Positions 24,367-37,603 of a DNA stretch of 64,000 nucleotides are shown in pieces; within the stretch, counting starts at the first letter, position 1, and each line of letters opens with the position of its first letter. Source of the DNA: Camelus ferus. Lineage: Eukaryota. The translations under genes were made by a program, and so were the position numbers. The notes under the pieces are model-generated. The model worked only from the letters and a program-made list of their open reading frames with translations, searched no databases and was not told the origin of the DNA. The DNA lies in the NCBI RefSeq assembly GCF_009834535.1, contig NC_045698.1, forward strand, positions 9,116,001 through 9,180,000. The letters run 5' to 3'.

Positions 24367-25021
24367 TGTTGCTAGTAGATGTAACTGGTGTCCACGTCCT
24401 TGTCCCTTCCCAGAAACAATTCAGAGACAAGACGTGGAGGTTAAGAAAGCAAAGTGAGGATTTATTAAGGGTGGATGGTACACGCTCAAGGGGAGAGCGA
24501 GCAGGCTCAGGTGAGCAGCCGTGCTGAGTTTCTGTGGCAAGTTGGTTACATAGAGTGTAAGAATAAAAGGGCAAGGTATTCATTGGGAAGGGGGTAGGGG
24601 TTATATCCCCTGATTTTCATCCCAACTCCACCTTCCCAAAGAGAGGAGGGACTTTTGTCCTTATTTAGTCTGGATCAGAGAAGTGTCCTGGCATCAGTGC
24701 AGGATGGGTACTTCTAATCTGCAAGGCAAATTTTACTGAAACGAGGGCATAATGAACAAAAGGTTACATTCGAACACTGGAGATTCCTGCCTTTTTTCTA
24801 CCTTTCTTTGTCAGCACCCAGGCAACTCATCACCCCAAAATGTGTGACCAATTATCAGCCCATAAGTTCCTACTTTTCTTTCTCTGCCCGAGGACCCCTG
24901 GTGCTTACATGATGTATGATTTCCTGCATTTGGCCTGTGCCCCTCCTTTCTGCTCAACTCCTGCCATTTGGTCTGTGTCCCCCTTTCTCTGCTCATATCT
25001 AGCTATCTGTCTGCTCTAACA
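24367..25021 (-). mobile_element. ERV1-type solo LTR (655 bp), lineage-specific
   Basis: tgttgc...ctaaca termini, minus-strand poly(A) signal 'tttatt' near 24461, near-TSD atat/attt, and an internal duplicated block 'cctgc(c)atttgg(c/t)ctgtg'. Confidence 0.88.
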
Positions 25022-26134
25022 ATTTGGCCTACTCTACCATGATTTAGGAAATCAATATTGCTAAAAATAAAGAATGTGGGTTTTTTGACTTTGGATTTTT
25101 AAAAGTGCAAAGGAATCTTCTTAAATCAATATTATCATTTTTCTATCTTTCAAGATAGAAAAGAAACTATCAATATAAATCATATAGTTTTTATAAATAA
25201 AAACATATACTTTCTTCTTTTAATAAGCATATTTCAAGATAAATACCATACATTTAAATTTATTGAAATATTTGTAAGCTCACAGAAAGTAAACCTGCTT
25301 TCTGGATGGATGTGAATTGTGCTGCCTCTGATATTACATTATTTAGAGATTGAATCTTCCAGTAATCAGATAGTTACAAGCCTCTGGATACAGAAAACAT
25401 CATGGTATCTAGGCTTTACCCCTCCTTGAAAATTAAAAAAAAAAATGACAGCACATATGCATGTTATTTTTTGGATTCTTTCTCTGTTAGTGACATTATA
25501 TACAGCAACTTAATTATCTGGGTAGAGCTGCCTTGTGTTTTACAAATGCAGCACTGTCACAACATTTGGTACAGTTTCATGACAGAGATTAATTACAATT
25601 AAACAAGTGAAGTTTTTATTACTGTGCCCATTTTTCACACTGATGGAGTTAAGTTTGAGCCAATGTTCCTATTCAGTTCCTTCTTTTCAGGAATTTCAAT
25701 TCAAAACATTAACCATGACTTAATCCAGCACTTGGCAGGCCGTCTCTAGCAAGATGAAGTTTGCTCCGGATGATTTACAAAGAACTCGAGGAAGTGGAAT
25801 TGGAGACTAAAAAAGTGGGATGTGAAAGAAGATAAATAGAGATGCTTAAGTAATTTTATATGATATGGTTTTATAATTTAAAAGGAAAGTAATATGTGCT
25901 TAGCAGAATTGTTGTGCACCGTGAAGCATATGCTTCATCACTATCCACAAATGTAGTAAGACAAAGAGCTGACATTTTATGTGTAAAGGCCTAGAAAATT
26001 AAAAGTACATTCATTTACTAAGTAAATAAGTAAACAGTGTAGCTTTTTAAAGTTAAAGCCAATAAAGAATGCTTTGTTTTGTTATTATTCAGAGTTGTAC
26101 ATAATTCTTTTCACTAATAATTCAGTGACCATAA

Positions 26135-26186
<52 letters not shown>

Positions 26187-26200
26187 GAGAGAGAGAGTGA
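26135..26200. repeat. Compound (TG)n(TA)n(GA)n microsatellite
   Basis: Directly visible. Confidence 0.97.
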
Positions 26201-26289
26201 GATGTAAAATTTTAAATGTTTTGAGAATTTTGCGGGAAAACACAGCAAACAAAAAATAACTACACATTTTGGGGAAAAAACAACAATCA

Positions 26290-27980
26290 GAAGTTACTGT
26301 AGTGTGAATAAAAGCAGTAAGATTCTAGAAAGAAGTGGAAATTTGCAAGAACAGAAGAGCAGAAGGTGGATATCTTGTCTTTAGCAGCTTTTCGCCTGGA
26401 GGCACACTGCACTTCACTCCGCTTACAGCAGCTAAAGTTCTGATAGAATCTTCACCATCATAGAAGCTTTAAGAAAGAGAAGAGAGAGGTGGGACGATCA
26501 CAGAGGCTTCCAGGACAGGGGCAGTACCCCAGAAAACAGAGAGTTGGAGACAGGGCATCATGTACTCTGTGTCTATACTCTGTAAAAACCTGATGTTCTT
26601 TGGCTAATCCTCGGACCACTTATGCATGGGATGAAGCCAAAGCAGCTCGGTTACGGACAAAATAACTAAATTGTCATTTAAGCTGCTGATCAAGAGACAA
26701 CATTTCCGAATCTATTTACCTGCTAAAACCAGCAAACAAACCAGATAACCAACACAATTTAGTGAACTACAACAGAATTCAGAAAGTCATAGCAAAACAT
26801 TCACAAAGTATAGGATACAATTTAAAATTATCAGACATAGAAGAAACAGGAAAATGTGTCTTAACTCTGAAGAGAAAAAGACTACGTATGTCGACAATAC
26901 AATAACCCAGAGGTTGGAATTACCAAATTAAGATTCTTAAACATGTATGTTTAGCTCTGCTTAATGTTGTAGAAGAAAATGTTTTCCATGAATGAAAAGG
27001 TACAAAAATCTCAGGAGGAAATTAAAACACATAAATACAAATTAAAAGAAAATTTGAGAAGTAGAAATACATCTGAAAAATGTTAGCTCAGTAGCACAGT
27101 GGGGATTGTATTAGTTTGCTAGGGTTGTCATAAGAAAGTACCACAAACGGAATACCTTAAACAACAGAAATTTATTGTCTCACGGTTCTGGAGGCTAGAA
27201 GTTCAAGATCAAGGTGCCGTAAGTCTTGGTGCCTCTGGGAGCTCTGAGGAGGAATCTGCTCCATACCTCTCCTCTGTCTCCCCCAGTTACTGGCAATGTT
27301 GACATTCCTTGGTTGTGGAAGCATTACACCCATCTGCCTCATCTTCCCTGTGTGTGAGCCTGTGTTGAGAATTCCTCCTTCTGTAAGGACCATTCCAATC
27401 CAATTCATACTGGATTGGAGCACACCCTAATGACCTCATTTTAACATAACAAATTATATTGGCCACAACCTGATTTCTAAGTAAGGTCACATTTTGAAGT
27501 GCTAGGTGTTAGAATGAATACATAAGGATTTTGTATTCATACAATTCAACCCAGAAGAGGTTTAAAGGAGAAAATGTCAATAATGTAATGATAGATTAAT
27601 GGAAATTATCTGATCTGGAAAAAAAAAAAAAGACAAAATGTTGGGAAGAGAAAACATGAGAACAATGCCTCAAGGAACTTTTGGACAATATCCAAAGATC
27701 CGAAAAGAATGTAATGAGAATTTCATAAGCAGAGAAAAGAAAGAAAGAATGTGGCAGAAAGCGATGTATTTAAATAAATAGTGGCAGATTATTTCAAAAA
27801 TATGATCTAAGATAAGAATGTACAGATTTATGAAGATAAGAAAATCCCAGGAAGAATAAAATCAAATTAAGCCAACATAGGTATAATGATTAAAATAAAA
27901 GATAAAGACAAAATCTTGAAAATAGCCAGGTGAAAACAGCATATTACACGCAGAGGAAAAATTGGAACAATTGCTGACTT
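26290..27980 (+). mobile_element. Old L1 5'/ORF1 region (L1M/L1ME-like), split by an MLT1 LTR
   Basis: A-rich ORF1-like blocks: 'ataacccagaggttggaattaccaaattaagattcttaaa' and 'ctcaaggaacttttggacaatatccaaagatccgaa'. Confidence 0.7.
27107..27558 (-). mobile_element. MaLR solo LTR (MLT1B/C-like)
   Basis: 'tgtattagtttgctagggttgtcataagaaagtaccacaaac...aaacaacagaaatttattgtctcacggttctggaggctagaagttcaagatcaaggtg'. Confidence 0.9.
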
Positions 27981-27999
27981 GAATACAGTAAATATCCAT

Positions 28000-29330
28000 T
28001 AGTGCTTATGAATCTTAATAAATGCAATAATACACTAAGAAGACAAAGCATTTCCTTAAAGTAGAATTCCAGCTGATGTTACATAGAAGGTGGTAGAAAT
28101 AGTTCATATTTAGAAATCATTATACTGATAGAGGGTACCATTGAGAGTTATCAATGAAAACTAAACTTAGTGGGTGTAGACATGACAAACATGTATAGTA
28201 GAGGACTATCTATATATCTGTGTTGATTTATTTATTGCCAAGTTTGTATGATAGTAATGGCCATTATTTCAGGGGAAGGTATATGCTGGGGCATTTTAGA
28301 GTGATACTGCATAAACACCCATTATAGATAAATGATGGGAAAATGAGAGAGAGAGAGAGAGGTGATGGAATGATTATGCAATACAGTAACAATTTGGAGA
28401 CGTATGAATTTTGTGTACTGAACTTTCAACTTCTTGTAGGTTGCAAACTATATTTTTAAAAGAAAATTAGTTTTCCAGCATCAAAAATAAAAAAGGACCT
28501 CATTGTAGATGTTCAAAATATCAGTAGCTTTCTACAAAACAACTTGCATGAGGAAATATATGTACACATTGAAAAAATGTAACCCATAAGTCTGGCAGAG
28601 GAAATAGAAATAAAACAAATCTCATAAGTTTTGAAGAAATTTATTTTGTTATTAAAAATCTTTCCACAAAGACAGTCCCAAGGCCAAGAAATTTGAGAAT
28701 TTCTTTTAAATATTTCAGGAAGAATTGATACTAATCTTATAGAAATTATTTCAAATAATATAAGATATGGAAGACTTTCTAAATCTTCTTATGAGACCAG
28801 CATAATCTTCCTACCAATAATTGATGAAGACTTCACAAGAAAGAGATTACAGGCAATCACTATCACAAACTTAAATTTAAAAGTATTTATATATTAGCAA
28901 ATCAATCCAATGATATTAAAAAGTTAATACATGATGGTTAAATAGTATTTTTTCAACAAATCAAGAGAATTCAATATTGAAAATCTAATTAATATAATTA
29001 ATCATATTAGTGAAAGAGGAGAAATTATAGTAAAGACTTTTGATAAAATTTAATATTCTCAGTTGCTTTTTAATTTAAAGGAATTACCTTAATCTGATAG
29101 ACAATATAAAAATATCGAGCTCAATGGCAAAAAAATAAATGCTGTTTCATTAAATTTGGTTACAGTGATCTCTGCTTTAACAAGAGTAATATGAAGAAAG
29201 GAAAACTAATATAGTGACATTAAATTATGTTCATTAACATTATGAGAGTGAAAGAAGCAATGCAAAGAGGAGACATAACCACTCTTTGTTCATACATGTG
29301 AAGGAAGACTCCTAGCATCTATATATAAGA
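28000..29330 (+). mobile_element. Old L1 fragments (L1MC4-like 3'UTR to ~28470, then decayed ORF2 RT)
   Basis: 'ttcttatgagaccagcataatcttcctaccaa...aagagattacaggcaatcactatcacaaac' resembles SFYEASITLIPK...ENYRPISL. Confidence 0.7.
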
Positions 29331-29337
29331 ACACATG

Positions 29338-30273
29338 CATCTCATTGTGAGTTTGATTTGCATTTCTCTGATAATTAGTGATATTGAGCATTTTTTTCAA
29401 ATGCCTATTGGCCATTTGTATATCTTCATTAGAGAACTGCTTGTTAACTATCACCTCACATCAGTCAGAATGGTCATCATTAAAAAGTCCATGAATGATA
29501 AATGCTGGAGAGGGTGTGGAAAAAGGGAACCCTCCTACACTGTTGGTGGGAATGTAGTTTGGTGCCACCATTATGGAAAGTAGTTTGGAGATTCCTCAAA
29601 AGACTAAAAAAAGACTTACCATATGATCCAGCAACCCCACTTCTGGGCATATATCCAGAAGTTACCTTAGTTCAAAAAGATACATGCACCCCAATGTTCA
29701 TAGCAGCACTATTTACAATAGTCAAGACATGGAAACAACCTAAATATCCATCAACAGATAACTAGATAAAGAAGCTGTGATATATTTATACAATGGAATA
29801 CTACTCAGCCATAAAAAATAATAAAATAATGCCATTTGCAGCAGCATGGATGGAACTGGAGATTGTCAGTCTAAGTGAAGTAAGCCAGAAAGAGAAAGAA
29901 AATACCATATAATATCACTTATCTGTAGAACCTAAAAAAAAAAAAGACAAACAAACTTATTTACAAAACAAAAACAGACTCACAGACAGAGAAAACAAAC
30001 TTATGGTTACCGGGGGGGAAAGGGGTGGCAAGGGAAAAATTGGGATTTCAAGATTTGCAATGCTAACTACTATATATATAAGAAACAACACGTTCATACT
30101 GCATAGCACAGGGAACTGTATTCAATATCTTGTAGTAACTTGTGGTGAAAAAGAATATGGAAATGAATATATGTATATACATGTATGACTGAAGCTCTAT
30201 GCTGTACACCAGAAATTGACACAACATTGTAAACTGATTATACTTCAGTAAAAATATATATATACAAAAAAAT
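29338..30273 (+). mobile_element. Young (camelid-type) L1 with a 5' inversion (about 29338-29445 minus, 29449-30273 plus)
   Basis: An inverted ORF2 piece is followed by forward [13 protein letters not shown]...KCWRGCGK and [18 protein letters not shown] gaa(c/t)a(c/g)atgcatctca at 29329-29344 and 30274-30289. Confidence 0.93.
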
Positions 30274-31289
30274 GAATAGATGCATCTCAATAAAAAAAGA
30301 GATAATCCAATAGATAATGTTCAAAATGCATGAACAAAAACTTTACCAAAAAAGTTCTCTAAATAATCTAGGACATGTTGCATAAGGTCATTGATAGGAG
30401 GGTAAATACAATTTAAAACAAAATTATGATATCATGTGGCTAAAATAGAAAACATTGAGTATTTGCAAGGAAATAAAGTAAGAGAAACATGCAGATTGGC
30501 ACAACTGATTCTGGCAGCGTCTCAAAGCTTTGTGTCTGTATGCGTGTGTATGTGCGTGAATGTATCATAAAATTTGAAACAGGTACCCTATGGATTGATT
30601 AATTGTTTCCAGTTTTTTATTGTTATATACAATGCTTCAATTAGTTGTCTTTAAAAAATACTATACCTGTCCTTAAATGAAAAGGTCATATATATATTAT
30701 TTATATATAATTTATTATATGTTAGTTATATACATATATAGAAATGTATTTAAAATTTAGTCCTCCACAGGATGAATAAGGATTTGCTTAGACCACCAGG
30801 TTTCAAAAGGCTTTGTTTGTGTGTATGAGCACAGAAAGAACATTATACCAGGATATTATGGGGAATTGCAGTTTTCCTAAATAGTGGAGACACTGCTGGG
30901 TCAAGTAATGAACAAAGTAGGAGATACCATACAGCTCAGGTAAGCTGAGTAACGGAGTGAAATAAACCCACTTAACGTGGCTTTTTATCACTTTTCCCCC
31001 AGTTTCCTTTGTGAGTTTCTACTTAATCTTGACCTCATTTTCCTCATCTCTAAAATTAGAGGATGCACTCACAGACTTTGGGATGCCTCAATCATTGTTG
31101 GTCCCAAATCTCTTTCTACTGTCTACCTATCTTCCCAAAATGTAGACAACAATGCAAATCTGCTTTGATTGCCTCCAGTATGGGCCATCCAGAAAGCCTG
31201 AAGGGTTTGCTCCCGTCCCATCCCTATGTCTGCAGACCCTACCTTTCTTAGATGAGCTCTAGTAAACTGTGGATTCCCAAGGTCACAAA

Positions 31290-31390
31290 TTAAATCATTA
31301 GATTGTACACCTTAATGATCACACTGTACAACCTAAATATATACGATTTTTATTTGTTGGTCATACCTTAATAAAGCTGGAGAAAATTTT
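31290..31390 (+). mobile_element. L1MA-type 3' end fragment
   Basis: 'ctgtacaacctaaatatatacgatttttatttgttggtcataccttaataaagctgg'. Confidence 0.75.
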
Positions 31391-32367
31391 TAACAAGAAG
31401 AAAAGGTCATAGTTTGAAAAGCACCGTTGACCTAGCTATATCATGAACGTTTCAGTACTGAGGGACTAGGCTGTTCTCCCCTTAGCAAAATAATTTTCAA
31501 GATAATCCCTGAAAGTTTGTCCTTGAACTTCTTGTGTACGTCTGTGACCACCACGACTAAAGAGTGAATATGGAAATGCTGATCTTGCTTCATGGACACC
31601 GTTTAGTTTGCTACATCTGACTTTCAATGGTTCGTTAGCTCAGGAAAGCCTTGGGTTCAATTGCAAGTAACTAAGTTGACTATTAAATGTTCAAACAATG
31701 CTAAGTTTGCACTAAAATGTTACGGTTTCAGCCGCAATTTCATGCAGTAATCAGTTCTGCATGTTTAACTGCATGTCTTACGTGAATCATTTAGATGAAA
31801 CTTCCTGCAAATGTAGCCTTGATTTTGGGTTAGGGGAAAACCTGAAATGTGTGTAAGGCTTCATGATAATGCACCACAGAGGAAAATCAGGTAGAGACAG
31901 TTGTGTGACAGGAAAACAAATTAAAATATACTGTACCGTAAACACTTGCTATTTCATTTTGGTACGCCTATAAAGGTATTTGAAATGATCTTACTTCACT
32001 GGGACACTACAGGAAAAAAAGAGCAAAAGGGCAACTTGAACTATCTTTTTCCTGGTTATGCTTTTTAGTGATAACTTGGATAGTTATTACAACCTTATAT
32101 TCACAGGATTTCCTGATTTATAGTTAGTGCATTTATTATGGTTTCTTATTTCATTGAAGCAAATTAGATTCATAAGGTCAAATAATATGGGTTGTCTTTG
32201 TGAATCTAAGAATAGAAAAATTAAAAATACATCAAAACTAAATTTCCTCTGCAGACCAAATTGTGTTTGTAAGCCTTAACCCAAATTGCATGGGATTATA
32301 AAATGCTTAAATAATATTACTTTGGAAACACTAGGTTGAATACTTTACTGAAATTAATTTCACACCT

Positions 32368-32485
32368 TATGCATATTATGTCTATACACATGTATATATG
32401 TGCATGTATATTATATTCATGAGTATGTCATATTGTATGTATACATGCATATATATATATATATATATGTATATATATGTATATA
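32368..32485. repeat. Degenerate (TA)n/(TG)n low-complexity repeat
   Basis: Directly visible. Confidence 0.9.
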
Positions 32486-34547
32486 GTCAGTTAGAAAAGT
32501 CCATGTTCAGAACTCAATTTATTTTAGCTAGTATTATTTGGTCACACATTTAAAAATATTATAGCTTTAAAATAAAATTTGAAATCTGGCAGATTAAAAC
32601 TCTAAATTTATTTTCTTTCTTCCCTTTTAATCATGCCATATGCCTTTCTTGTTGCTGGAACTTTTTCCCATGCATCTTAGAATTAGTTTATCTTGTCTCA
32701 TGTAAAAAAGCCTTTGGTTATTTTAAGTGTGATTACATTTCTTTAATCAGTATTGACTCTTGATACTCTGTATGGTGCAGTTCTCATCTTAATTGTCCCC
32801 TAAAAATGGTTATTTTTCTATAAATAACTTAGCTATCTTCAGTAAAAAATATTATGTAATACTTCAGTACAAATATTTTATTGCATTTGCTCTTTCTATT
32901 AATATAGGAAATATGAATCCTGGTGACTTGTAGACATATATCCTAAACTTACAGGATGATAACTCCAATCAGGTATTTTTTTTCCCCACAGAAGTGATCT
33001 TGCTGCTCACTGACCTGCCCCACAGAGATTGCTTCCAAACTAAAACATCAAAGTGTTAAAGTGTTTAGGTCTTTATTATTTAAGAACAGGAGGAAATAAG
33101 TCTCGTGTGTGGGCCAGGCTCCCTCTCCAATAGCCCGCTTTGTTGACTGACTCACAGTTAACACACTAGTTACAGCCCCGGTATCTAGAAAATCATGATG
33201 CCTTCCTCACATATTTTGAAAGTAAGAGCAGAATAAGACAGAAACGTGTAGAAAAGTCCAGCAAGTTTCCATGTTGCTCCATGATGATCACTTTGTATAT
33301 TTTTAAGTATCAAATGCCAAATTATTTCTCAAATGAAGACGTGTTTCCATGCTTTGGCTTTATGGATACCCTGAAGACACTGTGAAGTTCCTATCAGTCA
33401 ATGGATAATGTGACAATGTGTATGGCAATATGTGACAGTCCATCCGAGGTTAACTTCCTTGATGCAAGAAGATGTTCAGAAAGCACAGGCCTTGAACTAG
33501 ATTTCTTATGAGACCTGGACTGAGTGCACAGATATTACAATATATTCAGAAGAATTCAGTGAGAGTCATTTAATGTAGTTTTAGTCACTTTGCATAGTTG
33601 AATATCGCCTCATGTCTTTGTGATTATATTGCTTGTCAGGTTTGAAACAAATGCAGCTGGAGACCTTTCCTAGTAGTTTTTATTGTTGTATTCCTGCAAG
33701 TAATTTTTAACATTATATTTATAATCACATATATATTATACATATTTTATTACATGATATATTTTCAATGGCACATATAGACGTGAATTGGCCACTGACA
33801 TTTTGTCAACTTCAAAAGAATTACTATTGAAATCTCTATATAAGAAGAAACGAATTTCTCCCTCCATGTACTCTTTTAATTACAGGTAAACCAGGTATGA
33901 CTTGCTCCTGGCAAGATTTACTGTGTCTGGTTGAACAGCCTCTCTATAAAATTTTATTTATTTTCTTTACAAATGTCATGACTGAAAGTCCCAAAGATGA
34001 AGCTTGTCAAATTGGAGTCTGGTTGTCCCCAGGCAAATACACCAAACAAAAATAATGCATGACAGATTTCTTGAAATCATTGATTTAAAAAAAAAAACAA
34101 CTATTTTAGCTATAATCCCAGCATAGATATAATGCAGAGAAAAATTCCGTTGGCATTAAATATTCAACAGCCAAGAAAAATCACACATGAATCACACATA
34201 AAACTGCAACTTGTAACCTCCACTCCAGCGTAAGCAAGGACAGCTTTACACTCTCCTCACAGAGAAGCAATAAGTATGCTTCCCTGCAAACATTTGATAA
34301 ACACTTTCCAAAATGTCAAAATACTGTAAAGGCGATATTTGTATTTTTGAAGTATTATTTATAAAGGGTAAAATGCATAAATTTGAAGGGCGTAATTCAA
34401 TGAATTTTACACTCATGTAATAAATGATCCAAAACAAGCTGTAGAATAGAAACATATAGTTTATATTTTTTCTCACATAAAGTTTAGAGGTTCGTGCATG
34501 CTTTTGCATAATTCATTTTGTGCTACTGTGAGGAAACTGGAGGAATG

Positions 34548-34840
34548 ATATTTTATTGTTGCATAATATTCCATTGTATGAAGATACCACGTTTGTTTCC
34601 CTTTTTCCTTTTCACAGATGTTTGGTTTGTTTCCAACTTTTAACTGTTCTGAATCAGTGGGATTTCTGGGTGATGGGGTAGGCTGAAGTGTAGTGCTTAA
34701 TGAGAAAGAGCCAAATCCATTTGTCCCCCAAACTGTTTTAACAATTTTACACTCACACGAGCAACGTGTGAGAATTACATTTGCACCACATTCTCTGCAA
34801 ATTTGATTTGCTGCTCTATTTCTTAATCACATTTTTGCAA
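34548..34840 (-). mobile_element. L1ME-type fragment
   Basis: 'ttttattgttgcataatattccattgtatgaagataccac...ttgtttccaacttttaact'. Confidence 0.75.
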
Positions 34841-34964
34841 TTTGTACAAAATGAAAGATACTTATTTTAATAATGTTATTAAATTATGACAAACACATGC
34901 AACTCTGTACCCACAGACAAAATCAAGAGAATGAATATTTGCATCATCAAAAAAGGACTCCTGA

Positions 34965-35510
34965 GTCGCCATATGCTCCAGCATTCCACTTCCGGGTATA
35001 TGGCCAGAGGAACTGACAACAGGGTCTTGAGATTTTTGTACACCCAGGTTCATAGCAGCATTATTTACAACAGCTGAAAGGTAGAAGCAACCTAAGTGTT
35101 CATTGCCTGTTGAATGGTGTATACATGCAGTGGACCATTATTCAGCCTCAAGAAGAAATGGAATTCTAACATATGCTACAATGGGGATGAACCTTGTAAG
35201 CAATATGCTAAGCCACATAAGCTAGTCACAAAAAGACAAATACTGTATGAATCCACCCAGACATACCTAGAACAATCAAATTTATAGACAGAAAATAGAA
35301 TAGTGTCTTCCCGGCATTAGGGGTTAGGCAAGAATGGGGAGTTGTAGTTTAATGTGTACATAGTTTTAGTTTTGCATGATGAAAGGTGTTCTAGACGTGA
35401 ATGGCAGTGAAAGTTGCACAATGCATAAGTGCTTAATGCAACTGAACTGTACACTTAGAAATGGTTAAGATGCTAAATTTTATGTAACGTGCATTTCACT
35501 GAAATTCAGA
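34965..35510 (+). mobile_element. L1MB-type 3' end
   Basis: 'catatgctccagcattccacttccgggtatat...ttcatagcagcattatttacaacagc...atggttaagatgctaaattttatg'. Confidence 0.88.
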
Positions 35511-35557
35511 AATACATAGAAAAAAAGATAACTGTGCTCCATTTCAGGCATCAAATC

Positions 35558-36034
35558 TGTGTTTGTTTCCTAGGCTGCTGTAGCAAAGTACCACAGACTG
35601 ATGGCTTAAGAGAAGATAAATGCATTCTCTTACTGTTCTGGAGGGTACAGGTGTACGATCAAGGTATTGTCAGGGCCATGCTCCCTTCCAAATCTCTAGG
35701 GAAGATGCCTCCTTGACTCTTCCAGGTTCTGGTAGCCCCAAGCATTCTTTGGTTTGTGGCAAAGTAACGCTAATCCATGTCTTTATCTTTCCAAGGTCAT
35801 CTTCCCTCTGTGTCTGTGTGTCTCTGTATCTTCACAGTCTCCTTCATATGTCTTTGTTTTCTCGTCTTTTAAGGACACCAGTCCTATTGGACTAGGCTTC
35901 ACCTTAATCTAGTATGACCTCATCTTAATTTGATCTGCAAAAATCCCATTTCCAAATAAGGTCATAAGCAAAATTACTGGGAATTAGGACTTCAACATAT
36001 CTTTGAGTGGAGGGGACACAGTTCAACCCTAACA
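35558..36034 (-). mobile_element. MaLR solo LTR (MLT1C-like)
   Basis: 'tgtgtttgtttcctaggctgctgtagcaaagtaccacagact...ggggacacagttcaaccctaaca'. Confidence 0.9.
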
Positions 36035-36039
36035 AACCC

Positions 36040-36600
36040 ACAGCTCCAACCCCAGGAAAACCACTTAGCTGATTCTCATTGTGGACTACTTATGATTTTT
36101 CTAAACTTTCATATAGTTGAAATAATAGAGTATGCAATGATTCAATCTGGCTTTGTTCGCTCAGCGTAATAGTTTTAACTAGCATCCATATTTGCATCGT
36201 GTTACAGACCCATGAGCAATGTGTGAAAAGATCAGTTGTTCAACATCTTTGCTAACACTTGATATCATAAGTCACTTCAGTATTAGCCATTCTACTGGGG
36301 CTGAGGAATTGATAAACTTTTCAGGATTTAGTTCACATTTACTTAGTAAGTAATATCATTGAACACATTTCCATGGGCTCATTGGCTTTTTATATATCTT
36401 CCTTTGTGAAATGTCCAAATTTTATGTCTATGTTTATCTCATGTCACTATTCAATTGATCTGACATTATTTGTTGAAAGTGTTATCCTTTCTCCTTGAAT
36501 TTTCCTTGGAACCTTTGTCAAGATCAGTGGATCATATCTGTGTAGGTCTATTAATGGAATTTATTTGATTTCTTTGAGATAATACACATATTATGTGTAT
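36040..36600 (-). mobile_element. Old L1ME-type 3' fragments
   Basis: 'tagccattctactggg', 'gaacacatttccatgggctcattggc...ttcctttgtgaaatgtcc', 'ctttgtcaagatcagtggatcatatctgtgtaggtctatt'. Confidence 0.7.
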
Positions 36601-36609
36601 AATGTTTGA

Positions 36610-37115
36610 TATTGTCTCACAGTTCTTGGATGTAAGCTCAAGAGCCCCCATCTGTTTTCTGTCTGGTTTTTTGTTGCTCAGCCTCCAGTGCATCTTCGCG
36701 TGCGCTGAACAATACGCAACTAAACACTCAAGGGACACCTTCTAAAGATCTCTCGACATTTCTTTCTGTCCAGTTTTCTCTCTCTGTACAGTATTTTCCT
36801 TAGTACCCAGCCCATGGATTCCAGCTGCCCAGCTTCCACAAGTAGGGAATTTGTATTTCAACTCAAAAAGATTGCTGGCCTTGGTTTAGATTTCTCAAAT
36901 TTCCCTGTATTGTGGCTTGAAAAGTCTCTCTAATCTGTAATCTGGGGCAACTGTAGACCTCATATTTTTGTTTCCTTTGACTCGGGGATAATTGTCTGGA
37001 CTGCTAGTTCTCCAAAATCTGAAAACTTTGTTTCATATGTTTGGTCCATTTTTTGATTGGTTAAGATGGGAGGGTAAATTTAGTCCCTCTTACTTTATTC
37101 TATCAGGAAGCCAAC
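36610..37115 (-). mobile_element. L1MC4-like 5'UTR fragment
   Basis: 'ctggggcaactgtagacctcatatttttgtttcc...gatgggagggtaaatttagtccctcttactttattctatcaggaagc'. Confidence 0.65.
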
Positions 37116-37517
37116 ATCACCAGTTTTTAAAGATCACATCAATTAAACATAAACTCTACTCACAGGCTCAAGTGTAAACTTGTTTGAGTCAAAATATTGA
37201 TTATTCATCTTTCAATTCTTCCTGTGACATGATGTAACTGCTTAATAAATGTCAAATGATTGAATGAATGAAAGAAATAATGTATGAATCAATGAATAAA
37301 TATGTTGACATTAACAACATCATTGTTTTTAATGCCAGAGGAAAAACTTTGTCATAGAAGAAGCAAGAAAAGGAGCATAATTTTAAAAACAGAAATTTTA
37401 AAAAGAGAAACATGTGGATTCAGACAGAACAGTACACGTAGTGCTTCAGAAAGATGCTCAGACAGTCATCTGCCCCGATTTCAGTCACAGATGCTAATTC
37501 TCATTTAAAATTTAAAT

Positions 37518-37603
37518 ATCCAGATGATAGTATTGAGAGTATATTCTGAAATTATTTAAAATCCAGATGATAGGAATGAGAATATATTCTGAAATTATTT
37601 GAA
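37518..37603. repeat. Tandem duplication, 2 x 43 bp with 4 mismatches
   Basis: atccagatgatag...tatattctgaaattattt at 37518-37560 and 37561-37603. Confidence 0.93.

Noticed and set aside
25922..25937. Perfect 16-bp palindrome tgaagcatatgcttca
   Set aside because: About one palindrome with 8-bp arms is expected by chance in 64 kb.
29335..29765. ORFs with L1 ORF2 C-terminal motifs
   Set aside because: These are fragments of a truncated, frameshifted, inverted L1, not a gene.
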